This document shows positions 29,985-45,340 of a stretch of 64,000 bases of DNA, one piece after another. The notes beneath the pieces are model-generated. The model had not been told where the DNA came from, ran no database searches, and worked only from the letters and a program-made list of their open reading frames with translations. Made by a program: the position numbers and the translations under genes. Positions within the stretch are counted from its first letter, which is position 1, and each line of letters begins with the position of its first letter. Location of the stretch: NCBI RefSeq assembly GCF_009914755.1, contig NC_060941.1, one strand, 5' to 3'. The DNA comes from the human T2T-CHM13v2.0 reference genome, Homo sapiens.

Positions 29985-30075
29985 CCCGCCCCCCGCCCCC
30001 GCATGCCCGCCTCCCCCTCCATGCCCGCCTCCCCCTCCATGCCCGCTCCCCCCCATGCCCGCCCCCCCCCACCCC
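29985..30075. repeat. Short GC-rich minisatellite, unit about CATGCCCGCCTCCCCCTC x4
   Basis: Read directly. Confidence 0.9.
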
Positions 30076-31805
30076 TGCCTGCCTCCACTGCTCCCGTAGC
30101 TGGGTCTCCAGGGGATTGCCCGTGGCCATGGGGGAGGCCGGGAATGCGGGGCTCAGACTCTACTGGGCTTCTTGTATTTTTTTGTTTTTCCTTGTCCATC
30201 TTCTTTCTCGGAAATTTCTGAATATCCCCCTACAGCCTTTGGCATTCTGTCACTCCTGGCATCTCTGGGCCAACTGGGAAAGCCATCATTTGTCCAATAT
30301 CCAGAAAATCAAGGGGCCTGGCCTTAAATACATTGCAGTGCCCTCCTCCCCACATGGCATCGAATTTCCTGTGTCCTCAAAGCCAGGAGCCTGTGCCTTG
30401 GATGTGGGCGATGGAGCCTTGCAGACACCTGGAGCGGCTTTCCTGGGAGAGTCTCCCTCGCCTTCCCATCCACCCGCTTCCCCTCCCCTGCCCCAAGCTC
30501 TGGTCACAGCCTCGGAGGGGTCATCTGAGTGTAGGTTGCCTCCAGGTGTACAGTTGGAGGGGGGCAGTTACCCCACATCCCCCTGTCTGCTAGGGGCACC
30601 CCCAGGGACTCAGGTCTTGAGGGACAGCGGAAGGGTGGGGTGGGGAGTAGGCCGTTGTCTCGTGCCACCTGGGTGTTATGTAGACTCTGAATGGGCAGTT
30701 CCTGGGAGCTGGTTTTTCCTTCTCACCCCTTCTACAGTGCTGCCCCTCTGAGGGGCTGGAGCTCTCTGGAGCCCTTTGCAGCCTGTGGCAGGTCTTTCTG
30801 ATTCTGTGCCTGGTTTCGCAGCCTCCAACCCATAGCCAGTGGCATGAAGAACATTCCTGGCTGTCTCTACCTGTGGCCTTTGCAGGCAGCAGTTCCCTGG
30901 GGCAGGGCCTGGGGGTCCTGGCACCTCCTTGTGGGACCCCTTGGGTATGAGGGAGGGAGCCACCTGGGCCACAGATAGACCCCCTTCCTGTATCCAGGAG
31001 GTTCAGGATGGACCTGTCTCATCTTTCTTTTTGGTGGGAAGAGAGCATTCCTGGCCATGGGGAATGTGGCCTGGACAGAGCCACCTAGCCTCTCCCCTCC
31101 CCCAGGCAGGGCCCTGAAAGATGGAGATGGCTCTGCTCCTGCCAGGTCAACAGCCAGCAGTCTGGTGGATTTCCATGCAGTCCAGGCAGGATCTCCTTCT
31201 GTCCCCACCCCCCACCCCATGTGCAGGAAGCTGGTTCCAAGCAGGGACCCTTGGCCCCGCTTTCCACGTGGGTGGGCAGTTTCCCTGCGAGGGGCAGGCC
31301 AGGCCCCTGCCCTATGTCCCCCAGAGACCGATGTTATCTACAGTAAGAGCATACAAGTCTTTTTGGCTCCAAACCAGGCCTGGAGGGGTGGTCTTCTCCT
31401 CTGTCCTCTGCCTCTTGCCCCCCATTAAAGGTCAGGGAATGGAGTGCTCTGTATGTTTGCTGGGGTTGGGTTTTTTCCTTTGGTTTAAAATGAAGGGCTG
31501 GAATCCCTGGTGCAGACTGCACGGTGAGAGGTGCTCCTTGGGATCCACTCGAGGAGCATTACTGCTGAATGCCCTGCCAGGCCAGGAGCATCGCTGGGGG
31601 TGGGAGAGGCAGTTGGCTTATTTGTTTATCCAACAGCCATCCATGGGTACCCCAAGGGCCAGCTCTGTTCTAGGCACTGGGGGTCTAGGCATGGGCTCAG
31701 GAGAAGGGGTAGAACGGGAGGGCTTCCTGGAGGAAGGCTTCCTAACCAGAGACCGGGGTAGGAGTTTGCCAGGCAGGTGATGCTGGCCAGCTTCTCTTGC
31801 CATTT

Positions 31806-32153
<348 letters not shown>

Positions 32154-32924
32154 TAGTGTGTGTGGAAGACTGTATGTCTGTGCCTGGCACAGCTGCCCTC
32201 GGCACTCAGGTGGGAGGTGGGGGAGAGGGCTGTTGGTGCCAGCACAGGTCATGGCATGAGACAGGCTCCCGCAGCCAAGCGGGGTGCACCGCAGCATTGG
32301 AGGGGCCCTGCTGCGCACGAGATCCAGGCTCTGCATCTGTCCTCCTCCCCAGGAGGCCTGGAGGGCTGGGAGGGACCAGGGTGGTGAAATAACCCAGGTG
32401 GGAGAGAGGCACTGTTGGAGAGGCAGAGGGAGCTGCAGGTTTGTAGCAGCGAGCTTTAAACCCTGGGCCTCCACCAGAAAACCTCAGAAAGGGCTGCTTT
32501 GCTTTTTTTTCTAAACTACAAAAGAAACCCTTGGCCGCCTGGGCCCCTTGGGGTCGGGTGGGGGAGGAGATCCTTCATTCGCACCTTTGCAGGCCCAGTA
32601 CTGTGCAGAGGGAGGAGGGTGGAGGCAAAGGCGAGGGAGGAGGGTGGAAGCAAAGGCGGGGTCCCTCCCTAGCCCCCCTGCCCTGCCTGGTTGCTGCTCT
32701 CAGACCCCTACTCCTGGCCCGGAAACATGGAATCTTGGGACAGCTGGGGTAGGGGGCACAGAACGGAGACCCTGGTGAGGGAGGAACTCTTTCTCCAGCC
32801 CTGGCTGTGGCCACAGCAAGGCCAGGCTGGGAGGACCTCACTCAAATATTTACATCTCTCCTAATATTTAAATGATGAAGCAGGCTCCTGCACACAGCTG
32901 CCCTGGAGCCAGCTGTTGCCTGCC

Positions 32925-33010
32925 CTACCCTCCCTCTCTCCCTCCCTCTTTCTTTCCCTCCCTCTTTCTCTCCCTCCGTCCTTCTCTCCCTCCCTCCTTC
33001 CCTCCCTCTT
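32925..33010. repeat. (CCCT/CT)n polypyrimidine tract
   Basis: Read directly. Confidence 0.88.
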
Positions 33011-34648
33011 GCATTCTTTGTCTCTGACCCAAGTCCAGGCCCTTCCAGCTGTTCTCTCCTTACCCACAGGCACCTCCTGTGACTGAGCTTCTCCTTGTTA
33101 TTTTTCATAACCATTTCCTTTAATTGAGCACCTCCTAGGTGCCAGGCCCTGGGCTGGTACTTTGTATACAAGGTGTCTTTTAATCCCCACGAGAGCCCAA
33201 CAAGGTAGATTGGGCTGCTGAGGCTCCAGCGCTGGAAGGCCGGCCCGGGTCCTCCCAGTCCGCACCTGCATCCATCCATCACTCCCCCACTGTGGAGACC
33301 TGTTCCCTGGCCCCTGGCTGAGCACGATGGAAATCTCTGTCTACTAGTCCTTGGAGAGTGGGGATGGCTGAGGGTCCCGACCCTGGGGTCTGACGGGGGC
33401 TGCCTCTGCCCCACTTCAGCCTGGCTGCTCTTCCACTCAATGACTGAGTTTGCAAAACCAGAATAACAGTGCTACCTGGCTGGTACTTTGGGTGGCTGGG
33501 AGGCGTGGGAGAGGGTGCACGGAGGGGCTGAGCGAGGTGTCAGCATCGTGGGGATCTCCGAGGGTAGCCTTCCCAGGCCCAGGGCGGAGTGTAGGCAGAG
33601 GGCGCGATGGCCCAGCGTGCCGGCTCACATCTGGCCTTGCCCTTGCCCACACGGCAATGTGGGGGAGTCATCAGCCTCTCAGTGCCTCAGTTTCCCATCT
33701 GTGCAATGGGGACAAGAGTAAATCACTGTCTTCAGGTATGGTAAGCACTCATACACATTGACTATTGCAGAATGAACACAGTGAGCCCTTCTTAGGCTTC
33801 TACTACATGCCAGGCAGGGTGCCAGGCCCTAGTGGAGAGGGGACAATGATGGGCAAGCTGGCTCCTGCCCTCAAGGGCTGTCGAGCAGGGAGGAAGGCGC
33901 CGGCTGCCCTGACTGTGACCCGGAGTGGGGTGATTCGCAAAGAGGCTGGCGGGAGGCTGGCTGGGGGCTGGCTGGGGGCTGCTCCCTCTCCTGCCTGTGT
34001 TCCGTGGCAGGGTATTAAACTGGCTTTTTTCATGGATTTCCGAGGCCCTGACTGTGGGACCTCGGGCAGGTTTTGGGACCTTGTGACTTTGTTCCCGCTT
34101 GTCATTCAGGCCTTTGTCCTCAGCAGTGCCCAGCACACGGCGACTTCTGCATGTCCTTCAGTGTGTGACTGACCCTGGAGCTGAGACTTGGCAGCTGAGG
34201 CTGGACATTGTCCTTGGATAACTCCCGGGGAGGTGGGGGCAGGGTGGGGCTGTGAGCTGGCAACTCCGAGTCCCTAGCAGCCTCCGAATGGAGGCTTTCC
34301 TCTTGTAGGATTCTCGGGGAGGAAGGAGGGGATGGGGGAGATGAGGCTTGTGAGTCTTCAGGAGGGCAGAGGTTCACACCTGCAGCGCCCCAGAAACACT
34401 CCGGGGTGCCCAGGCTTACCCAGCCCTCCTGAGCCAGAACCACCAAGAGTTGGGGACCAGCAGTCCATTTTTTAGCAAGATCCAGAAATGATTCTCCTGA
34501 ACAGTCCGAGCCAAGAATGACATATCTGGAATCAGAACATCAGAACTACAGAGGAATCGAGAGAACGGGCCCAAAATGTGTAGGGACCTCAGCCACATGG
34601 CGCCACATGGAGGAAAGCACCCAACATCATCACTGTATGAACCTGTTT

Positions 34649-34650
<2 letters not shown>

Positions 34651-34688
<38 letters not shown>
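34651..34688. repeat. (AC)19 microsatellite
   Basis: Read directly. Confidence 0.98.
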
Positions 34689-34690
<2 letters not shown>

Positions 34691-34859
34691 CCCAGTAAAG
34701 AGTGGAAAGACATTTGTCAGAATATTGATGGAAGTTACCTGGGTTGTGGGTTTATAGATTTTTTCCCTTTGTTTTTGTGCATTTTGCAAATTTTCGGCTT
34801 TGTGCCTAAATTCCTTTTACGGTCAGGAACAAAGCAATAGATGTTATTTTTTAAAGTTC

Positions 34860-35365
34860 ATGGGCTCGTGCCCGTAATCCCAACACTCTGGGAGGCTGAG
34901 GCAGGAGGATTCCTTAAGCCCAGGAGTTTGAGACCAGCCTGGGCAACATAGGGAGACCCCCACCTTTTTTTTTTTTTTTTTTGACAGAGTTTCACTGTGT
35001 CCCAGGCTGAAGTGGCGGTGGCACGTTCTTGGTTCACTGCAACCTCTGCCTCCCAGGTTCAGGTGATTCTCATGCCTCAGCCTCCTGAGTAGCTGGATTA
35101 CAGACACTCGTATTTGTAGGATTTGAGAATCCTACAAGAGGAAAGCCTCCATTCGGAGGCTGCTGGGGACTTGGAGTTGCCAGCTCACATATTTTTTAGT
35201 AGAGACAGGGTTTCACCATGTTGACCAGGCTGGTCTCAAACTCCTGTCCTCAAGTGATCCATCCATCTCGGCCTCCCAAGGTTCCAGGATTACAGGCGTG
35301 AGCCACTGCGCCCGGCCATGGGAGACCCCCTCTTAAAACAAGAATAAAAATAAAAATAAATAAAA
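34860..35365. mobile_element. Sense Alu monomer with a nested antisense AluS (34965-35317)
   Basis: TSD GGGAGACCCCC at about 34951 and 35320; the inner Alu carries a non-Alu insert at 35108-35189. Confidence 0.88.
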
Positions 35366-36886
35366 GTTTACTGTCAAAAAGAAAAACACATCACCCAACC
35401 TAATCTCCCCCTAGGATTGAGAGATGAGGAAGCAGAGGCTGGAAAGTGTCACATTCCCTGGTCGCTGGCAGTCAGGGGACCTGAGGCCTGGGCTGGTTTT
35501 CTCGTGCTCCAGGCCTGGGGTGTCAGGTGGAGCCCCTGCTTTGCCCAAAGGTCTAGGTGCCTCTGCCAGCACTGCTTGCTTCTGCATTTTTGGCCACAAG
35601 GAATGTGGGCCAAAGGCAGGGTCCTTGACCTCTGCCCAGGAGGGTGAAGTGGGCTGGTCCTCCTTGTCCCTGCTCCAAGGCCCCTGCGGCTGTGCCTTTG
35701 GAAATTGCTGGCCCGAGCTAGTGTGCGGAGCTGGGACAGACCTCACCGTGGCCCTCGTGGGGTCATTCCATGTCCGGGCTGGAAGGGATCTTTCGGTCCA
35801 GCCCTTCCTGTTCCTCATCAGGAAACTGAGACCAGAGAGGTCATCTGCCTGGCCCGGGGTGGGGTGTAGATGGCGCTTGTGACTCCTGCATGCCACGTGC
35901 AGACAGTCCCTCAGCTGTGGGCTTCCCACGCAAGCAGCCATGCTGGGGATAACTTGGCTGAAACCTGCGATTTAATGAAGAGAAGAATGACTCCTCCTGC
36001 AGCCCTGTGCCCCACAGGCTCCCTCCTGCCCCCACCCCTCCTGCAGAGGGGCCTCATGCTGGTGGGTGGGTCCCTGTTGCTGCAATGGGCCCAGGCAGTT
36101 TCTGGGCAGTGGAGGCTTGGCTGTCTTCCTGCCCAATGTCCCCTGTAGCCCACGCTGTCCGGGAAGGGCGGGGAAGCACTCAGCCACTGGGGACTTCACA
36201 AGATGGGTATCTGGGAGATGCTGATTGGCAGGCCAGGCTCCCGTGGCCCACAGGCAGGTCAGAGGTCACAGTGCTGAGCTGGGCTGAGTTGGCAGCTCAG
36301 GGCAGTGGGGGTGGGGGTACCTTGCTCAGCCATGGGCCTCTCTGGCACAAGGGTTTGGAGTTTACTGTAAACAACTCCTTCAGTTTTTCCTTCTCTCATA
36401 GGCCACCAGCAGAATTGAGGGGCCCTCTGTTGATGAGGTGTGGCCTGGGAGGGGCTAGTTGTCTGTCCACCTGATCCTTGCGGACAGGTGACCACAGGCT
36501 TCCTGCCCCAGGGGGCTGGGGGAAAGATCGGGGAGGCCTCTCTGGCTTCCCCACTTGGAAGGAAAATACGGGCATAGGGGAGACACTTTACAGGGACACA
36601 TTTCAGCCAGTACCCTCTGGCTGTGCTGGGGGCACAGTGCCTGCCCTGCCCACAAGAGGGGTCAGTTCTCTCCAGGATTTAACTTCAGCCTTCAGTGCAG
36701 GGCAGATGAGCACTCAGAGGCCCAGAGGACTCATATCACGAGAGAGAAGCTGTGACCGCACAGGCACTGAAGGTTAAACAGAAGAGTGGGACACACGGGT
36801 GACCTGAAAGTCCCAGGGTCAGTGTGGTTAGCCCCAGATAGCTGGGGAGCTTTGGGTACCAGGCTTAGCAGGGGAGGAGGGCCCCC

Positions 36887-37300
36887 GTGACAGTTTGCTG
36901 GGGCTGCTGCAACAAAGCCCCACGAACTTTGGGGGCTGAAGATGGTTCTAGAGGCCAGAAGTCCAAAATCAAGGTGTCGACCAGGCTGATCCTTTGGGGC
37001 CTCTGCGGGAGGCTCCGGCCCAGGCCTCTCTCCCAGCTTCTGGTGGCTCCCGGGTGCTCCTGGGCATGTAGATGCGTCACGCCACTCCCTGCTCCGTCTT
37101 CACATGGCCTTTTCTCTGTGTCTCTGTGTCTCGTAAGGATGCTTGTCATTGCATTTAGAGCCCACCCTAAATCCAGGATACTCTCCTCTTGAGATCCTTT
37201 ATTGCATCTGCAAAGACCCTATTCCAACTCCTGTCACATTCACAGGTCCGAGGGCTAGGGCTCTGGCATGTCTTTTGGGGGTCACTATTCAGTCCACTGC
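36887..37300 (-). mobile_element. MLT1C-like solo LTR
   Basis: GGCCAGAAGTCCAAAATCAAGGTGTC...CATCTGCAAAGACCCTATTCC. Confidence 0.85.
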
Positions 37301-39852
37301 GGCAGCTGATCTTAGGGGAAGCAGAATGTTCTAAGCTTGGGGTGAGCGGAGGGAACGCTGCTGGGTGGGGAGTGGGAGACCAGGCTCGGAGACACTGCGG
37401 ATCTCCTCTGTCTGATGAGGGCGTGATGAGGTTCTCATCTCAGGTCCTCTGAATGGCGGCTGCTTCTGAGGAGACCCTTTCCCCTGGATCTGCCCCTCCA
37501 GAAACCTCCACTTAGGTCCAGGTCCCAAGGTGGATGGTAAGAGGCGGCTGTCCCTGCCACACTTGATGGGTGAGTGTGTGAACGGGGCTGGGAGCAGGAC
37601 ACTTGTCACTTCTGTGGACAGATTCCAGAGGCTCATGAATCTGCTGCTGGGGAAGGCGTCTGATCTAGCCTGACCCTCCACCCCCGCCTCCCCCTTCCCG
37701 CCCCCCTTCACCAGCCCTGTTCCCAGAGCTTCACTTCCCCAAAGGCAGGCGCCGTTTCCTGGACTTCTCAGCAGCTACCCCCTACCCCAGACCCCTCTCT
37801 TGTAGGCCCCTCTGGTCTCAGCGCCTACTCCTCCCTGGGCTTCTGCCCCTCTACCGTGAGGCTTCTGGGCAGAAGTGTGGGGCCCCCTCGCTGTGTCTGG
37901 CTCTCGCGGTATACCAGGGGTCCTCCCAGGGGCCCGCCCTGCCCGCTAGGTTTCCAGGGAGCTTTTCAAGTTCTTAGATGGGCTTGATGGAGTTTCCCAA
38001 TGCGTTGTCTCAGAGCAGGAGGGGCCCCGGCTGAGTCCGAGAGTCCCCTCAGTCACACCCTGGGCTGTTTGGGGCAGCCAGGCAGCCCGTCTTCTGGAGG
38101 TGCTGCCTCTCTCCGGTTACCCCTTCTGGAATCTTCTGCGTCCAGTTGCGGCCCCTCCTACACAGCACACCCACCACCCCCTTTTACCTGTGACTCTTCT
38201 TTGTCAACCTCTTCATGTCTTTGAGAATGGAGACCAGGTCCTCCTCACCCTGGAGTTCAGCAGAACCTAAACCAGGCAGATCCGTGTAGGTTCACGTGGG
38301 GGCTCTGTGGCCACTGTGGCTCTGCCGTCACCTCCAGCCCAGCTTGGCGCGCTTTGGATCATGTCATTCAGTGCCGGTCCTCCAAACCTCTCCCCTGGCT
38401 CTGCAGGCCTGGGAAGCAGCTGGCTCCTGGGTGCAGCTGTGACCGGAGCCTGAACTCTGCTCCCTGGGGTCACCGTCCCCTGTAATTAGGCTGCAGCTCA
38501 TATTGGCTCGGGCAGAGGCCATCGGCTGCCCGCCTTGGGGCCACAACACAGAGAGCCCCGTGATTAATGGAGGCTCCACCTGGGCCAAGTGGCCCCTGGT
38601 GTTAGGCGCTTTTTTTTTTTTTTTTTTTTGCATTTTTTAAGTGCTTGTAACATTTCCCCTAATGGACAATGAGACGAGGAGGGAGGGAGGGGTGGCTTCT
38701 CTGCCCAGGCAGATCAGGAATGGTCACCGCCTGTGTGTGCAGTGACAGGTCTGGGAACAGACAAGGGAGAGCTTGTCCGGGAGGCTGGACCCTCACACCG
38801 ATGCTGCCTGTGCCTGGCAGCTCTGTCCCGGGCCTCAGAACAGACACTGACCAACACGCTCCTCAGGGTCTCCAGGTCCGGGTCCTGGTCCCCGGCAGAG
38901 CTTCCCATCCATGGGAAGAAGCACCGAGCAGCCTTGCTGGCTCCTCGCAGGGAGCTGGGATGCATTTCTAAGAGCAGCATGTGTGAAGCCCGGGGTCTGG
39001 GCAAAGGAGTGTTTGGGGAAGAGTCTGCTGTTGTTGGAGGGTCGGAAGTAGAGGGGAAGGAGGGGCACGCGGTAGGCTGAGGAGGTGGCTGGCGACCCTG
39101 TGGTGGGGACGAGGGGGCTATGAGCAGACCAGGAGCCAGCATCACGTTTCTCTGTCTCCAGAATCGAGGACGGAGAGCTGCCAGAGAGGCCCTGGCGGGG
39201 TGTCTGGGGCCACCTAAAGGGCGTGGGTGGATTAAAGCTGAGGAAAGCCTCATTTTGGGGGACTCCGTACTTAACCTTTGAGGCCCTCAGAGCTGCAGCC
39301 TGTGGTTTTTCGAAGTCAATCACCTCCCAGGGCCTCGCTCCTGCCTTCAGCGACAGCCATTTATCAGGGAGTCTTTGACCCAAGGAGACCTGAAAGGTCA
39401 TCTGGTCCCTCTCCTACCCCCAGGCAGGCCACACCTAGACCCTCCCACACAGATCCGTCCCACCCTTCTGCTGCCTTCCACCAGGGAAGGAGGGTGGGCG
39501 GCCCTCCCACCCAGGCCCTGGCGGCCCCACCCCAGCCAGGAAATTCTTCCTCTTTATCTGCCTCACATCTCTTCCCCTGCGGCTTCCGCCCATTTCCCCT
39601 CAATCTGCTCCTAGTGGAGCAGCCAGCAGCTGGTTTAGAACCCGGGGGTGGGGGGAGCGCTAGACCAGTGCAGCACATCTGAGAGTGTGCCAGAGGTGCT
39701 CCCATTCCCATAGCTGATTTAGTAAAGAAAAGAGGAAGTCCAGCAACTTAGCGCCACTTTAAAGTCCGCCTGGAATGACCCTGTGGCTGCCGGAACCAGG
39801 GGCACGCGGTAGATGACGGGAGCAGGCACAGAGAGGCCTTCGTCCCGGATCA

Positions 39853-40546
<694 letters not shown>

Positions 40547-41091
40547 ACACGTTTCTGTTCTTGAACAGGTGGCTCCCTGACCCTGGGTGTGGTTACTCCA
40601 AGACCTTGCTCTGGTGGGGCACGATTCTGGCCCCAGGTAGGGCGACCGTATAACTTACTGTCCCTTGGGGGACACGTTAGTGAAAGGGACCCTTGAATGA
40701 CTACGGTGGGACAACAGATGTGAGCTGGGTTTGTCCCAGGAAGGCTGGATGTATGGGCCTCTTGAGCCAGAGGAGACAACAGCAGAAAGCTCTGCGGCTG
40801 ATGGGACCGAGCAGGAGAAGGGCCGGCGGAGGCTGGGGCAACAACGCACTTGCCCACTGTGAAGGGCCTGTGTGAGCTGATGGCTGATGAGAGGGCAGTG
40901 GGGCGAGGCTGCCTCCTGCCAGGCTAGACCAGCTCCAGGACACCCATATCTCCTTTTCAGAACCGGTGACTCAGTGGCTAGAAGGGGCTTCAGAATTGAC
41001 GGGACACTGAGGGAGTCGAATGGAATGGCTGGAGTGGCCACAGCAGGCTCTAGGCCTCCTCCCGTTTCTTTTCTGTGTTCTGTTCCTGGGG

Positions 41092-41456
41092 TCTATATCC
41101 TGGGGTTGCTGTAACAGAGTGCCACAACCTGGGGGCTTACAAACATAGCTTCCGGCGGCTCCTGGAGATTCCTGGCGTTCCTTGGCCTGCAGACGCATCA
41201 CCATCATCTCTGATCTCTGGCCCCTGTCTCCACGTGGCTTTCTCCCCCTGTCTGTGTGTCTTTCTCCTTTTCTGTCTTTTATAAAGATGCTCACCATTGG
41301 ATTTAGGGCCCACTAAATTCAGAATGATCTCACCTTGAGACCCTTACCTTAATTACATCTGCAAAGATCCGTTTTCCAAATGTGATCATGTTCGCAGGTT
41401 CCAGGAGTTAGGACTTAAGACATATCGTTTTGGGGGACACTGTTGAACCCACTACA
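41092..41456 (-). mobile_element. MLT1C-like LTR with internal deletion
   Basis: GCTGTAACAGAGTGCCACAA...GGATTTAGGGCCCAC...GGGGGACACTGTTGAACCCACTACA. Confidence 0.8.
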
Positions 41457-43374
41457 TTTAATAAACCCAGAGTTGGTGCCAATGTCCCCTGCGGACACCA
41501 TAGCAGATTCTGGAGGTTCCTTGTAAAGGAATCCGTAGGACTTCTTTTCCCTTCTGGAGGGATGAGACTGTAGCTGGGCTGGGGAAAGCTGCTGGTTCAA
41601 GCTGGGGCTGGTTCAGCTGGTGCTGGCTTGCCAGGTTGTTAGAGAGCTTTATCCAGGGAGAAATTAACATCACAAAGTTGGGGGATAAGAGAAGGTTTGG
41701 AATCCCAAGGGCTGGCTGTTGAGGTCAGCTGCCCACCCCTTTGTGTTCCATCTTACAGGGACCCAGGCCTGCCAGTGCTCCGTTTCTGGAAGGAATGCTG
41801 TGGGCTGCTGTGCCCCATAGGCAGGGTGGAGGGTCCCCTTGCAGCCAGCGAGCTGCTCTTCCTGTAGCGTGCAGAGGGAAGGAGGAGGCTTGTTTATTTC
41901 TCTTGGCCTCAGCCGAAAATCCAACCACAGGCTCTGGCACTAGGCAGACCTGCTCATTCTCACATCATCATTGCAGAGTGAGCCAGGCCTCTTGGGTGGG
42001 GCTGTGATGAGCAGGAAGGACCTCCGGAGTGCCTGGGACTTCTTGGGCCCAGGGTTGCCAGAGGCAGAGAGAAAGAAGCCTCCTCCTAACACTTGAGCAA
42101 AGATAGTCATCAGAATCCATCAGAGTGGCCTCCTGTGGCTCTTCCCTGGGTGCTGACCCCCCTGGTGCATTTGAAGTTTTCAGGGATACTATTGACGCTC
42201 CCTGCACCTCCATCCAGGGGTTAGTGGAAATGGTTCTTTTCCTCCTTGTCCAGAGGTACTGTGGATGATGACCCCAGGTCCCAGACCTCAGTCATTGGGC
42301 CACGTGTGCAGATAAGCCTGGGCAGTCAGTAACCTTTGGCCACCAAGCTGGCCTCCTGCGGACTGGGCCGGCACTGGAGGCGGGTCTTAGCTGCTAGCAC
42401 TGTGGCCCAGCCAGGCCTGGCCTTGGGAAGGCAGAGGGGGAGGGGACTGGGAAAGGGATTGAGCTGGGGGTGGGGTGGTACCCTGGTTCTTCCCTCCCAG
42501 ACCTTTGGCAGGTTTGAACTATCTGGCTGCGGCTCTCTAAGGAGGGAGCGCCTCCTCCGCCTTGATGTGGACTTTGCCTTCTGTTCACGTTGTCCCTGTC
42601 CCTAAACAAATGTGGCTCTCTGTGGGGAGCCTGGGGGCCGCCCTCCACTGACACTGCTGTTTCCTGGCTTCCCTTTGCAGGCTCCGCTCAGCTTCACTGC
42701 GCCTATTTTTAAGCCTTTCCTTTTGGACGGTTTTGCTTCCTGAGAACACACCCCTCCCCATCACCCCAACTGTGTCCTCCTCCCTATCCGGAGCCTGCTC
42801 CACCTGCCCCAGGAGCCACCTCCCTCCTCCACCAAGCAGCCCAGGCCAATTCTGGAGGGCTAATTTGTGTCCCTCCAGAAGCAGGTCCTGAGACAGGGAT
42901 TTCAGTGGGAGGGGACACCAGGGGATGCCTGAGTGTGGGAATGGGCCAGGCAGGGAATCCAGCCAATAAAGGGTGCCTCACCAGCTCATTGTGACCACAG
43001 GTGGCTGCCCAGCCCCCATACCGGGCAGCATGGGGAGACTGCAGACCGTGCCCCCAGCCTTGTCCCACCTGGGGTTGGGTAAGGGAGCTGGGGTTTTTAT
43101 ACTTCAGTTCTTGGCCAAGGACTGCACTGCTCACTCCTTCCAGCCTTCCGAGGGCTTGGGCACTAGGAAAGGCTCTGGGTGGAGACACGGAAATAGGCCA
43201 TGTGAAGTCAGTGGGCGTGATTGGTAGCAGTAAGGCCAGGACAGCCTTGGTCACCAGCAAGGTGACCACACATTTCAGCATGCACAGCCCCCACAGACAC
43301 ACACCCAGGAGATGGTAATTACACCAGCAACAGTCACCCCTGCCGCGTGCCATGCCTGCACCCAGGGAATCTTA

Positions 43375-43681
<307 letters not shown>

Positions 43682-44867
43682 TCAGGGGCACCTTATTACC
43701 CCATCACCTCCTACAGCAGGTGACACTGAGGACACTGAGGCTCAGAGTAGACTGTGGTTATGTCACTCTCCTGTTTGGTTCTCCTGCTCTCAGCCCTGAA
43801 ATAAAGAGCACGGTCCCTGTGCAGGCCCATACGTCCTGTCTCCAGCCCTGGAGCAGTCCTTAAGCTCCTTGAAGGCACACCAGGCCTTTGGGCCTCGTCC
43901 CCCAAGTCCTGGATAAATAGGAGGTGAAGGAGCCTTTGCAACTGGACCCCACTCTGCCAGCGCCAAGGCCCTGCCTGACTACCCACCCCACCCTACACAG
44001 ATCAGGGACCTGTGCCAAGGTCCAGTGTCACAGGAGAGTGAAGACAAGGAGGTGCCCATGGCGTACATGCTGCTGGACTCACTCTGTAGATCCTAAGGGT
44101 TATGGGGAGTTATCTGCCAGGTGAGGTTTTCCCGTGGCTTTTTCCTGCAGGCTCAGGGTAGCATACAGGGAGGTGCTTCCCTACTCCTTGGCACCATCTG
44201 TCCGGCTTCCCTGAGCCCTGACCCTGGCTCCTAGATAGCCAGTGTTTCTTCAGGGACAGAACCTGCTTTGCTGCTGCTCAGAGGAGACCCAGTTTGACCA
44301 GGGCTAGCGTTCCTGGAACCTGAGCCTGGAATTCCACCCTGCCCTGGGCAGAGGCCACGTTGCTCCCTCCTACGAGAGCTGAGCTGCGCATGAGATTATT
44401 CTGACCTTGGGCTCTACCATTTCTTTGCATGACATTTGTCCCAGGCTGGAGCAGGGCTCTGTGGCTCGCTTGGTGTTCCCTCCCCAGACTGAGGCCTGAT
44501 ATGTACACCAGGAAGTGCTTGATCTGGTTTCAGGAGCTGGGAGCGGTTTGCCAGGCAGCCTGTGGTCAGAGCAGGGGCCTTAACAATGGTCCCTTGTGCG
44601 GCACATTCCTCTCTAAATAGGCCCAGGTCCAGGCTGCTCCTGTTTCGACCCCGCCATGGGCCTGGAGGGGAAAGTTTGCATCTGGAGGGTGGCCCACTGT
44701 GGCCTCTTTTTGTGTAGCAGCTGAGACCGTAGGTGCTTGAGAATAGGAGAAGCCCTGTGCCCATCCTGGGCTGTGAGATGTTTTTCCAGAGGTGGGGATG
44801 GGGATGGGCCAGCATGCAGTTACCCACACCCTCCAGCTTGTTGGCATCAAGGTCTGTGTATGTGTGT

Positions 44868-45010
44868 GTTTTTTTTTTTTTAATTTTGTTTTTCCAACAT
44901 GGAGTCTTGCCATTTGCCCAGGCTGGTCTCGGACTCCTGGCTCAAGCGATCCTCTAGCCTCAGGTTCCCAAAGTGCTGGGATTATAGGTGTGAGCCACCA
45001 TGCCCAGCCA
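44868..45010 (-). mobile_element. Alu monomer (FLAM-like)
   Basis: Single arm. Confidence 0.85.
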
Positions 45011-45041
45011 GTACCAAGGTGTGTTTTTTAAGAGCAATATT

Positions 45042-45340
<299 letters not shown>

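Noticed and set aside
42860-43200. Possible old ERVL/MaLR LTR with AATAAA near 42965
   Set aside because: Too diverged to assign by eye; the polyadenylation signal has no other support
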